A stretch of 64,000 nt of DNA from Lama guanicoe. Taxonomy: Eukaryota. The DNA is taken from NCBI GenBank assembly GCA_013239625.1, contig MU053588.1:2676508-2740507 (forward strand), written 5' to 3'. The notes under the pieces were generated by a model. The model saw only the letters and a list, made by a program, of their open reading frames with translations, was not told the origin of the DNA and did no database searches. Positions 37,891 to 49,201 of this stretch are shown one piece after another. Within the stretch, counting starts at the first letter, position 1. Each line of letters opens with the position of its first letter. The position numbers and the translations under genes were made by a program.

Positions 37891-40800
37891 GTATGTCCTA
37901 GAAGAGGCAGGCAGGTGAAGGGTCCCGGATGGGGCTATGGATGCCCCGGGGTGGGGAGGGAGCAAGGGTCCAGGGCTGAAAAGGGTCAGGGGATCCTGAG
38001 AAGAGAGGATCCTGGAGTGCGGGGCCAGGGCCAGGAGGGGCAGAATCGTGCCCACAGAATCCTGGAGAGGGATCCGGAGTGGAGAGCAGGACCCAGAGTG
38101 ACAGGAGCCTGAAGTTAGAGAGGCCCCCAGAATCCTGGGAAGGTGGAGTGGAGGCAGCAGGGAGGGGACAAAAACAGAGAAATAGGTGTCCTCAAGTAGA
38201 AGAGAAACTGATAGTGTGATGATGGTGGCTGGTCCCGAGCAGAGGTCCTGGGGAGATACAAGTGAGCTATCCAGAGGAGTGGGCAGAGAAGAAAAGGGAG
38301 TGGGACCCCCAGAGGAGGGGGAGGCAGAGGCTGGAGGGTTCTAGGAATCTATCTGCAGAGACAGATGGGAATGGGGAAGAGGGGGGTAGGAGGGAGTTGG
38401 AAGTTCTGCAACAGAAGAAAGGAAGGAGAGCAAGAAGGCTGAGACAGTCCCAACCCTCTGGGTGATTGGGAAGAGGCCAGAGGATCCCCATTCAAAAAGA
38501 GTCTGGGGTCTTCCAGGACATGGCAAGGAGGGTGGTGATCTTGGGGAGAGATGGTGCCAGTGCTCCATGGTTAACTGCTCCAGAATTTGAGGGTTTAGCG
38601 GTGATTGAAAAGGGTGGCTAGTTTTGAGGGGAGGGAGCTGAGGGATTGGGGGAGACCAAAGATGTAGCTGCCCATTTTTACTGCTGAATGTCTGAGCTGT
38701 GGGCATAGGGGTAGGTTCTGGGTTGCCCCAGAGTCAGAAATTGGGGCTCTACAGGGGGTAAGGGGATGGGACCCAGAGAGCGTGTTGGGTGAGAGTTTGG
38801 GGAAGGAGGACTCTCTGGGGAGGGGACCTGGGAGCCTGGCACAGAAAAAAAGAGAACTAAGCCCCCAGCGGGGCTGTTTCACTATTTCGGTTTAGGGCAG
38901 AGCAGGAGCGTTTCCTCTTAGGTGGCTCATCCAGCGACAAGGGGCACGATGGAGACACACAGACTTTAAGAGGCAGTAGCCTCCCCCCACAGCACCTGTC
39001 CCCCTCTCTCTCCCTGCCCCCAGCTGAGTAAGAAGTACGGACCAGTTTTCACTGTGTACCTGGGACCCTGGCGGCGTGTGGTGGTCCTGGTTGGGAGCGA
39101 GGCTGTGCAGGAGGCCTTGGGAGGTCAGGCCCAGGAGTTCAGCGGGCGAGGGATAGTGGCGACGCTGGATGGGACCTTTGATGGCCATGGTGAGTCATAA
39201 GCAGCCTGGAGGCATCTGAGGCTTGCACTCAGAGCCTGCCAGCTCTTACTGTTCTGCAACCTTCCATGCACGATTCAGTGTCTCCGGACCTCTGTTTCCT
39301 CATCTATAGTTGGTGTTTGTTTTGTTTTGTTTTTATGGAGGGTAGGTAATTAGGTTTATTTATTTATTTTTAGAGGAGGTACAGGGGATTGAACCCAGGA
39401 CCTCCTGCATGCTAAGAATGAGCTCTACCACTTTAGCTATACCCTCCCCCTCCTCATCTGTAAAATGGGGTGATAACAGTGCCTGTTACATAGGACTGTA
39501 GTAAGGACTGCACGAGGTAAGAATACATGGTTGTAATAGTCTTATTACTGCTCCAGGCAAAGTCCCCCCCAGGGCCAGGAGGAAGAGGGAAGACATCTGA
39601 AGCACTGAGAATGAGTAGGCAAACACTCAAAATGTGTAAACTATTCTCTGTGTTAAGACTGAAAGCAGGAGGCTGGAGTGCGGGGACACAGCAGTGACTA
39701 AACCACCTCAGTCCTGCTCCCCCAGAGCACACAGGCCAGTGGGGAGACAGACCCGTCACCAGTGGGGAGACAGACAGTGACAAGGCCAGAAAGGTCAGGG
39801 CTGGCCTGGGGGAAGCCCTGAGGCGGTGGGAATTGGAGGAGGCACCCGGCCCAGCCTCTTCCGTGGAGGACATCCAGGAAGTCTTCCTGAGGGTGTGTCT
39901 GAGCTGAGACTCACAGCGTGACTGGGAAGGGTGTTCCAGGCAGAGGGACAAGCATGGAGGTGAGAGAAGACGCATTCATTCATCAACTGACAACTTTTCA
40001 TTATGCCTGCCTTGGGACTGGGGACACAGTAGTGACCAAGACAGCTGTGGTGACCTGTCTTACTGTGAGAGAGTGGGGCTTTGCCATAAGACATGAGGGG
40101 AAAGAATAGAATTCTAAAATGAGAGGGACAGCCTTGAGAGCAGGACAATGGGGCCCTTTCCTGGCCCAGGGAGCAGAGGGAGTTGGGGTGTGAGGAATGG
40201 GAGGAATCAGGGAAGGCTTCCCAGAGGAGGTGACATTTGAGCTGAGACCTGAAGGTTGAGTAGAGTTAGTTCAGTGAGGACGAAGAGATGAATTATCCTG
40301 GCAGAGGGAACAGCAAGGGCAAAGGCCTAGAGGGGACATCCTGGCATCCTTGAGGAAGTGAGAGAAGGCCAGTGCGACTGTAGTGAGATGAGTAACAAAG
40401 CTGGAGCGGTCTGCAGAGCCTGATTACATGGGACCTGAGTCAAGCCAGCATGTTTGGACTTTGGGTTTTCCTGGGAAGGGATATGGTCGGAGTTAAAAAG
40501 ATCTTCTGGTTGCGGAGTGGAAGCCCAGGCAGGGGACTGGGCTGGACCAGGACTGGGGCCATGGAGTGGGGAGGGGAGATGGTCAGGAGAGGAATGCAGG
40601 GCTCTGGCCAGGGGGGTGGTCAGTGGCTGAGACTAGGAGGAGAGATGCTGGGTCCAGTTTGGGACACAATGGAGGGGTGGGTAGACAGGGGATACCCAAG
40701 AGGAGGCGTCTAGGAGGCCACTATGGGCTGGCATTCTGCAAACAGGAACAGCTCAGAGCAGGGAAGGGTCCATCCAGAGCAAGTCTCTTGGATAAAGGAG

Positions 40801-43800
40801 GGAAACGGTTCGATTCCACCCTCTTCCCTCCCTGTTCAACCTCCTAACGACGTGGGGCATGGGACCCAACAGTACTCCATAAATGCTGGGGTGAAGGGAT
40901 GAATGGATAGATGGTTGGAGAGAAGAGAGGGAGGGAGGGAGGGAGTAAAGGAAAGAGGAAGAAGTAAGGATAAATGAATGGGTGGATGAATAGAGGAATA
41001 AAAATATGGATAGACAGTGCTCACTTCGGCAGCACATATACTAAAATTAGAATGATACAGAGAAGATTATCATGACCCTTGTGGAAGGATAACATGCAAA
41101 TTCATGAAGCGTTCCATAAAAATATATATATATATATGGATAGACGGAAGGAAGGAATAAATCTTCACTCACCCTGCTTAATCATAGAAGGCTCAAGGAG
41201 CCTGGATAATTTCAGTTACCAGCCTCTCAGGAGAAGGTCACCCTGTGACCCAAGGTTAGGCATTTATTGAGCATCTCTGGAGTCCTCATCCCTGGGCTAG
41301 GCTGGTATGGACTCAGGACAGGGCACCTCACTGGGAGGAAGGGCTGCTACTGTCCTGGGGGAGGGGCCGGTCCCTCCTTGAGCCTAGCCTTCTGTGCAGG
41401 GGTTTTGTTCTCCAATGGAGAGCGATGGAGGCAGCTGAGGAAATTCACCACGCTGGCTCTGCGGGAGCTGGGCATGGGGAAGCGAGAGGGCGAGGAGCTG
41501 ATCCAGGCGGAGGCCCAGCATCTGGTGGAGTCGTTCCAGGGGACAAAAGGTCAGCGGGGCCGGTGGCCTGAGTGTAGGGATGGCCTTCCCTCTGGGGCTG
41601 GGCTGGGGACTCTGGTCACCTCCCTCTCTCTCCTTCTCCACCTTCCATCTCTGTCCTGCTGTCTCCCTGAAGGTCTCTGTGTCCCTGGGACTGTCATATC
41701 ACTCCTTCTGCCTCTTTTCTTTCTGTTTTTCTGTTTTTCTCTCCTGCAAGTCTGTCCGTCTCTCTCCCTGTCTCTCTTTCCCTGTGGCTCTCTCTTTTCC
41801 TGACTATCTGTTGTCCCACACCCCCTTCCTTATCTGTGTCTCTTGGTCTCTCCCTGTCTATCTGTCTCTGTCTCACTCTCTGTGCTTGTCTCTTTCCAGT
41901 CGTGTCTGGTTCCCACTTCATATCCAATCCGCCTCCAGGTCAGCTCCCCTCTGCCCAACTCCATCCAGCCCTCCTCCTTGCCCCTCCTCCCCAGGACAGC
42001 CATTTGATCCCTCCTTGCTGCTGGCCCAGGCCACCGCCAACATCATCTGCTCCCTCGTCTTCGGCCTCCGCTTCCCCTACGACAGTGAGGAATTCCAGGC
42101 CATGGTCCGGGCAGCTGGTGGCACCACCGTGGGGGTCAGCTCCCCGTGGGGTCAGGTAAGTGGATGGGACCCCTCTCCGGCCACTTTCCCCAAAGGCTTG
42201 TGTCCACCTCTTCCAGGTAACCCCAGAGCGCTCGGTCCGCCTGCCCCTCCACCCTGGTGCCAAGTCAGGTCCCCATGAAAACAGCTGTCTTTCTCCCCAC
42301 AGACATATGAGATGTTCTCCTGGCTCCTGCCGCGCCTGCCAGGCCCCCACACACAGCTCCTTGGCCACTTGGGCACCCTGGCTGCCTTTGCCGTCCAGCA
42401 GGTGCAGCGGCACCAGGGAAGCCTGGACGCCTCGAGCCCCGCACGTGATGTTGTGGATGCCTTCCTGCTGAAGATGGCAAAGGTGGGGGCATTTGTGGGT
42501 TGAGGGGGGCCTCCTGAATGGCACTGGCAGCCTGGCTGGTCCCCAGCCAGGTGTAGCCGGGACATACTGTCAGCCTCCATCCTTCTCTGCACGTGTCCCT
42601 GTGGATCTGTGTCTCTGCCTGGGTGTGCATAGCTCTTCTTTCTGGTACATTGTTCTCCGCCTCCCCCCACCCCACACTCACCTCAGGTGTGTTTGAGTCT
42701 CTTGCATCTCTCCCCATCCTCTTCCCTCCAATCTCAGGCCCAGCTTAGGCCCCCTGCCCAGTGACCTGCCACCAGCAATCCCCACCAGCCCTTCTCCCCA
42801 TCCCTACCTCTCGCCACCCACACAGGACATTTCCTGTGAATTACAATCATTTGCTTATGAAACCCTGCAATCTCAAATTATACTAATAAAGTCCACTTTA
42901 TTAATTAGGTGAGAACAATCATCTTGTGAGAAAATTAGAATTAAGATGACCCCTGTGGAAATACCTAGTTTTGAATTGTACAGACTTTGCAATGATGGGA
43001 GATATTCAGGGCCACATCCTTGAATAAATGCAACCACCCCCTTGGTGGAGAGAGAGATTTTCTTAACTCTGTGGCCCTATTTATTTTCCCTTTCACTTTT
43101 TTAATTTGTATTTCTTTTTTGTGGGGGAGGTAATTAGGTTTCTTTATTTCTTTAAAAAAAATTTTAGTGTGGGAGGTATTTGGTTTATTTATTTATTTTT
43201 AGAGGAGATACTGGGAATTGAACCCAGGCCCTTGTGCGTGTTGAACATGCGCTCTACCACTGAGTTCTACCCTCCCCTCCTATTTATTTTTTTTTTTATG
43301 GAGGTACTGGGGATTGAACCCAGGACCTCATGTATGCTAGGCATGCACTCTACCACTGAGCTACACCCGCCTCTTTCATTTTTCAATTTAAAAAAGAATG
43401 TAATTGTAGTAAAATACACATAACACTTCCCATCTTGGCCACTTTTAAGTGTACAGCTCAGTAGTGTTCATGACATTTGCATCACCACCTTTGATCTCCA
43501 GAATGCTTTTCAACTTGCAAAATTGAAATTCTATACCTGTTAAAGAAACTCCCACCCTTCCTTCTGCCAGCCCCCAGCAAACACCCTTCTTTTTGTGTCT
43601 CTATGAATTTGATGACTCTAGGAACCTCCTGTAAGTGGAATCACACAGTATTTGTCCCACTGCGGTTTATCTCACTTAATGTCCTCAAGGTTCATTCATG
43701 TTGTAGCGTGTGACAGGACTTCCTTCCTTTTTAAGGCTGCCTCATATTCCATCGTATGGCTATGTCACATTTTCTTTATCCATTCATCCATCAGTGGACA

Positions 43801-46800
43801 CTTGGGTTGCTTCTACTCTTTGGCTATTGTGAATAATGCTACTTTGAACATGGATGTACAAATGTCCTTCAAGACCCTACTTTTTTTGGGGGGGGTCATT
43901 AGGTTTTTATTTAACTTATTTATTTTAGTGGAGGTACTGGGGATTGAACACATGACCTCGTGGATGCTAAGCACGGGCTCTACCACTGAGCTCTACCCTC
44001 CCCCACCACTTTTAGTTCTTTCGGATAAATCCCCAGAAGTGGAATTGCTAGGTCATATGGCAATTCTATGTTAAGCTTTTGAGGAGCCGCTGTAGCATTT
44101 GCTGTAACAGCTGCACCGTTTATATGTCCCCCTGGTGACAGGAGTTCCAGTTTCTCCACATCCTCACCAACACTTGTCATTTTCTATCGGTGTTTGTTTT
44201 TAGTAGCAGCCACTCTCTTGCCTTTTTAAAACGTTTCAACCAGAGAGAACTTATATCAAGAGCCCACTTTCCAACTTTCCCAAACATTTGTTTAAACTCC
44301 TGACAAAGCTTTAACTTGCTATGCTGCACCCCCAACCTGGCTGTGCTGGGCCTCGACTCCCTGCAGCTCATGTTCTCTAAGCCCCTCTGCCTGGTTTCTC
44401 CCAGGAGAAGCAAGACCCAAACACAGAATTCACTGACAAGAACTTGCTGATGACGGTCATTAATCTGCTGTTTGCTGGGACAGTGACAGTCAGCATCACA
44501 ATCCGCTACACCTTCCTGCTCCTGCTGAAATACCCTGAGGTCCAAGGTAGGAGCCTTTGCCACTGGCCAGGACCTGGGAATAGGAGGCAGGGCTCGAGAG
44601 GAAGAACCATCAGGAGAGTTCTCCTGAGCCAGAGCCTGGAGGCGACAATGGGTCTGGCATCCAGGGTGTCTAGGGAGCCAGATGTTTGGGGACTGCTGGT
44701 TGCAGTGTGAGTAATGAAATGAGAAATGGGGCAGGAGACATCTCCAGCCTTGCTGCCTTGGTGGTAACTTGTGTGCCTAATCCTGAGCAATGGGGAGCCA
44801 TGGAATGTTGTTGAGCAGGGGAAGGACAGTGTCAAATTAGCATTTTAGAAAAACCCTTTGGTCTGCCATGAAGAGGTAGGCTGTAAGGTGTGAAAGGATG
44901 CCAGGAGCTCAGGGTAAGGACTGGAGTGGGAGAAAACAGTGCTGGGCCAAGCTGTGGGGAGAGGCGAAGGAGCCAAGTAGGCAGGTGGTGGAGAAAAATA
45001 AGGGAGGGGGTCATCCAGGTACAGGCTAAGGGCTCTGACCAGAGGACTGGAGGACTGGGAAGCCACCCTGAGGTGAGGCCAGAAGGGATGAGGAGCTGTT
45101 TCAGGGGAGATGCTGAGGCCGCTTTGGAACAATCTGAATGTGAGGGGCCTGGGGCCACCAGGGGGAGGTCACAAGACACCTGGGTCAGGGCTGGAGATAA
45201 AAAACAAAGTGGAGTTATCAGGGGACAGGCAAGACCTGAAGCTGTGATGGTGACGGAGGATGTGGGGTGAGGCAGGGCTGGGAATGTGCCCCAGGGGACT
45301 CCAGCGGTTCAGGGTCAGGCAGATGCCTTAAGTGCTGTCAAGATGGTGGGGTGGGCTGACCTGGAAGATGGGACCTGGGGCCTGGTGGCCTTGGTGGAAT
45401 GGAGTCAGCTGTGATTTCAGCTCACTGGGCTCCAGGGTCCTCATTTGGGAGATGGGGCTACACAGTGGTACCCACCTCGCAGGACTGCTGTGGGGAATGA
45501 GAGGACAGATGGGATGCCCAGCACACTGGCTGCTCCAGAAGACCGTCCAAGCAGAGGATCACAGGGCCCCGCCCCACCCCTGACCTCCCACCCCTCTCCT
45601 CTTGAGTGCAGAGCGGGTGCAGGAGGAGCTGACTAGGGAGCTGGGGGCCGGCAGGGCGCCCTGTCTGGCAGACCGAGCCCGACTCCCCTACACGGATGCG
45701 GTTCTGCATGAGGCACAGAGGCTGCTGGCGCTGGTACCCATGAGCATGCCCCGAGCCCTCACCAAGACCACCCGCTTCCGGGGGTACACCCTGCCCCAGG
45801 TGGGTATGCGGGCCAGCCCCGCCCAGCAGCTGTCTCTGCCTCGGGCCTGAGTCTGCTGCTATCTGTGTCTCTGACTTTTTCCAGATCTTGGTCTGCCACT
45901 CTTTCTCTTGCTGTTTCTACATCTTCCTCCTCTTTCTCTCTCTTCCCTGGCTGATATCTCCCTCTTTTCTTCTCATCTCCCTTTCTTTCTCTATGTCCCC
46001 GTCTGTCTCTGCATCTCTCTCTCTCTGTTGCTTTCTCTTGCCTTTTGACTCTGTCTCCCAGCCTTGGTTTCCCCATGTTTCAGATGGGTATCCTAATTCT
46101 TCCTCCTGCCAAAGTGGTTAGGACAATCAAATAAGGTGACAGGCAGGGAACAATCTGAGGGCTAACAGAGGCCCTCACCCTCAGTCCCTGCTGTAAACAC
46201 ACAGAATCAGCCCCACCCTCTCTCACTCAGTTCCTGTCCCTTGATTCGAGAGCAATTCAGAGCCATCACCACCAGGGGGCGATGTCTCCCTGGAAACCTG
46301 AGGCGCCTTCCCCGCCAGCTGCTCCCTCCTTGAGCTTGGTTGTAGAATCCAACCCATAGCAGTTAGAATCCAGCCCTGCTGTTTTCAGGCTGAGACCTTG
46401 GGCAAATCACTTCACCCTCTGAACCTCCATCTACTCCTATTCTAAACTGGGAGCAGTAATAGCATCAACTGGAGATTATAAGGAATCTGTGAAAAAATGC
46501 TTGTAAAACACCAGCTGAGCTCTTTGTACAGGGAGTGGGGCTCCTCTGTAGACCCCCGAAGCAACCATTGCTAAAGCAATGACTACTGCAAGTGCAACAA
46601 CTACTGCTAATGAGAACAGTAATAACAGGCATTAGTGGTTGAGGACCTTCTCTGTGCCAGGTATTAGTCTAAATGCTATTGTATTACCTTATTCAATCTT
46701 CAGAGCCACCCTCTACCATTATCACACCCATTATACAGATGAGGAAACTGAGGCCCTAAAATATTAGAAGACTTGCCAACCCCAGCCAGCCTACAAGTGG

Positions 46801-48170
46801 CAGGGGCAGGATTTGAACCAGAGCCTGTGCTTTAACCACTGCTCTCTGCCTTTCTCTTATTTTAATGGCAATAACACGACCTTTTCCTAAAGCCTCACTC
46901 ACCTTCCCAACTCAGAGCCCCATTAACCAGAGTCCCTAGCAAAGGACATCCCTCCTCGTCTCCTCATACTCCCCACCTTGACCGCCCACCACAGTCCTGG
47001 GAATACTGTAACTCTGATCTCAGCTGAAGGGGCTGCCACTGTCCCTGAACCTGGGCAGGGGAAGCCTTCGTGGACAGCCGTCACCCACCCACACCTCGCC
47101 TCTGGAATGCCATAGTGGCAGAAAGCTGGACTCTGAGCCAAGTTGCTTAGGACAACCACAGCTGAATCCCAGCGTACCCCCAAAGTTTAAAACACTGTGT
47201 AAAAATAACAAACTGCCGTGTCCAAGTGTTGCCTTAGGGCAAGTTGCTGAAGTTCTCTGGGCCTCTTTTCCCATCCTTAAAAATGGGGATCAGAAAAAAA
47301 GAAAAGAAAGAAATCTTTAAATAAATAAATAAAATGGGGACCATATTAGTAACTGTTTCCTAGGCTTGTTAGAAAGATTTAGTGAGTTTGTGTGTGTGTG
47401 TTTGTGTGTGTATGTAAGTAGAACACATGTACCTATTACAAACGAGGTGAGTTAGATATAAGGCTTAATAAATTCCCTGACCCATGATTACTCAGATGCC
47501 ACTGTGTTTTCTTTTTTTTCTTAATTCTTTTGGGGGGCTGGTAATTAGGTTTGTTGGTTAGTTTGTTTGTTTATTCTTAAAAGAGTTACTGGGGATTGAA
47601 CCCAGGACCTCATGCATGCTAACCATGCGCTCTACCACTGAGCTATACCCTCCTCCCAACCCCTGTATTTTGTGAACTGATTTGCCCAACACACCAGACT
47701 CCTGTGCTCTGACTCTGAGCGGAAGGCCTGGGTTGTGAGGGATATTTATAGTTTTATTATGATTTCCCCCCAGGGCACAGAGGTCTTCCCTCTCCTTGGC
47801 TCCATCCTGCATGACCCCGAGGTCTTCCAGCAGCCGGAGGAGTTCAACCCCGGCCGATTCCTGGACGCAGACGGGAAGTTCAAGAAGCAGGAGTCGTTTC
47901 TGCCCTTCTCCTTAGGTATCTGCGGGGCCGCCCCTGCCCTCCCGCCGGTCCTCCCCCAGGCCCGGCTCCAGCTCTCTCTTCCTCGCAGGTAAGCGCGTCT
48001 GCCTCGGGGAGAGCCTGGCTCGGGCCGAGATCTTCCTCCTGTTCACCGCCGTCCTGCAGGCCTTCTCGCTGGAGAGCCCCTGCCCGCCGGGTGCCCTGAG
48101 CCTCCAGCCAGCCGTCAGTGGCCTTTTCAACATCCCCCAAGCCTTCCAGCTGCAATTTCGGCCCCACTGA
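37604..48170 (+). CDS. CYP2S1: Cytochrome P450 2S1, complete 9-exon CDS, 495 aa: join(37604..37780,39024..39189,41400..41549,41995..42155,42303..42482,44405..44546,45612..45799,47774..47915,47989..48170)
   Basis: Spliced translation [54 protein letters not shown]...FQLQFRPH*. Exon sizes 177/166/150/161/180/142/188/142/182 sum to 1488 nt in one frame with all GT-AG junctions. PPGP, WxxxR, AGTVT (I helix), EAQR (ExxR) and FSLGKRVCLG (heme Cys) motifs present. Directly upstream of AXL as in human. Confidence 0.97.
39024..39189 (+). CDS. CYP2S1: CYP2S1 exon 2
   Basis: cag|[24 protein letters not shown]...FSGRG...DGH g|gtgag; not captured by the ORF track. Confidence 0.96.
39337..39453 (-). mobile_element. 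tRNA-derived SINE (Vic-1-like) nested in a MIR
   Basis: ggggattgaacccaggacc...agctataccctcccc; flanked by cctcatct repeats. Confidence 0.85.
41017..41118 (+). pseudogene. Full-length U6 snRNA retrocopy in CYP2S1 intron 2
   Basis: gtgctcacttcggcagcacatatactaaaattagaatgatacagagaagatt...gaagcgttccata; many differences from U6 are CpG transitions; flanking direct repeat atatggatagac (41004-41015 and 41134-41145). Confidence 0.95.
41400..41549 (+). CDS. CYP2S1: CYP2S1 exon 3
   Basis: [54 protein letters not shown] flanks; 150 nt. Confidence 0.96.
41995..42155 (+). CDS. CYP2S1: CYP2S1 exon 4
   Basis: [33 protein letters not shown]...SSPWGQ|gtaag; 161 nt. Confidence 0.96.
42303..42482 (+). CDS. 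CYP2S1: CYP2S1 exon 5
   Basis: [16 protein letters not shown]...[13 protein letters not shown]|gtggg; 180 nt. Confidence 0.95.
43123..43372 (-). mobile_element. Two tandem tRNA-derived SINEs (Vic-1-like)
   Basis: Two ttgaacccagg...ctctaccactgag heads near 43218 and 43315. Confidence 0.85.
43385..44215 (-). mobile_element. Old L1 3' end in CYP2S1 intron 5 with a nested SINE
   Basis: aaaatacacataacacttcccatcttgg...ggctattgtgaataatgct...ttctccacatcctcaccaacacttg. Confidence 0.8.
43888..44007 (-). mobile_element. tRNA-derived SINE (Vic-1-like)
   Basis: gaggtactggggattgaac...ctctaccactgagct. Confidence 0.85.
44405..44546 (+). CDS. CYP2S1: CYP2S1 exon 6 (I helix)
   Basis: [47 protein letters not shown] g|gtagg; 142 nt. 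Confidence 0.96.
45612..45799 (+). CDS. CYP2S1: CYP2S1 exon 7 (K helix ExxR)
   Basis: [11 protein letters not shown]...[23 protein letters not shown]...FRGYTLPQ|gtggg; 188 nt. Confidence 0.96.
46251..46284 (+). promoter_or_regulatory. CTCF motif with upstream module, CYP2S1 intron 7
   Basis: aGCAA-ttcagagccatca-CCACCAGGGGGCGA. Confidence 0.7.
47531..47657 (-). mobile_element. tRNA-derived SINE (Vic-1-like)
   Basis: ggggattgaacccaggacc...ctctaccactgagctataccc. Confidence 0.85.
47774..47915 (+). CDS. CYP2S1: CYP2S1 exon 8
   Basis: [47 protein letters not shown] g|gtatc; 142 nt. Confidence 0.96.
47989..48170 (+). CDS. CYP2S1: CYP2S1 exon 9 coding part (heme-binding Cys to stop)
   Basis: [63 protein letters not shown] 48168-48170. 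Confidence 0.96.
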
Positions 48171-48988
48171 CCTCCATCTGACCCGCCGTGTGGACTGGAT
48201 GAAGGAGGGCACCTTGGGAGTGGGCAGGCAGCCTCGACAGTGGGCATGGACATGGCTGGGACTCCAGAGCCGCACGTCTACACCACAGGCAGCCACATTC
48301 ACGCACCTGGAGCTGTTTTCTAGAGTCCGTCACACGTATATTCAGCTTCCGCATCCACGGGGTCCTCAGCCCACACAGCTGTTGAGACTTGGAACCGCAC
48401 ACCCAGATGCCAACCACGCGGGCTGTGAGGCAATGTGGCCACACAGCTTTCTACAGACATACATTTAGTCCATCAGGAATCACAGCCACATGCCCGGATA
48501 ACCCACCAACTCAAATACCACACGAACTCCCTGGACTCACAACCTGCACATTCAAGTTCAGCCGCCAGTGTTCTCGGCCCATGTGCCCTCTTCACTCCTC
48601 AGTCTTCCCAGTGTTGCCATCTCTGGGAGCCTGGTGCAGAGAACATGTCCCATGCTGGCTCATGTCACCTCACAGAGACCCTCTTTATCTGCAGCCCTCA
48701 GGTCATGGTACCAGTGTCCTTGTACAAGGCTGTCTCCAGCCACACGCCCCCAACCAGTGAACCACACAGCCAACCCAAGTGTGACACTGACCTGCCCACT
48801 GAGACAAGCTACTCCCACAGGGACACAGCCATGGTCTCCTGTGCACCTTCAGCCCTCAGGGACACCCCTTTCCAAGCACCCTGATCCCCAGATGCTCCCA
48901 AATACAAACACACCCCCAATGTGCAGTTGTGCATGCAAGCCTGCAGACTAAGCAAACTTGGACACACATGGACCCTCAGAACAGAGGA

Positions 48989-49010
48989 ACACACACACAC
49001 ACACACACAC
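48989..49010. repeat. (CA)n in CYP2S1 3' UTR
   Basis: Direct inspection. Confidence 0.9.
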
Positions 49011-49195
49011 TCCAGCTTATATTAATTGAAAAACCTCCCCTGCTCCCCAGTCCCCCTCAACACACACTGACGCACTGCCCCTACTCTGTGTCAAAGTCCC
49101 AGTTAGACCTCGCGGAAGGGACCAGACTCCAACTCCCTGGGTCAGGGAAGAGGCCAGATCTGACGTCTTTGTGACTCCAAAGATCCCCGTTTTGC

Positions 49196-49201
49196 AATAA
49201 A
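49196..49201 (+). terminator. CYP2S1 polyadenylation signal (3' UTR about 1.05 kb)
   Basis: First AATAAA downstream of the stop codon, followed by T- and GT-containing sequence. Confidence 0.75.

Noticed and set aside
37110..38055. Long overlapping ORFs around CYP2S1 exon 1 (likewise AXL promoter and intron 4 island)
   Set aside because: Expected from stop-codon depletion in GC-rich DNA
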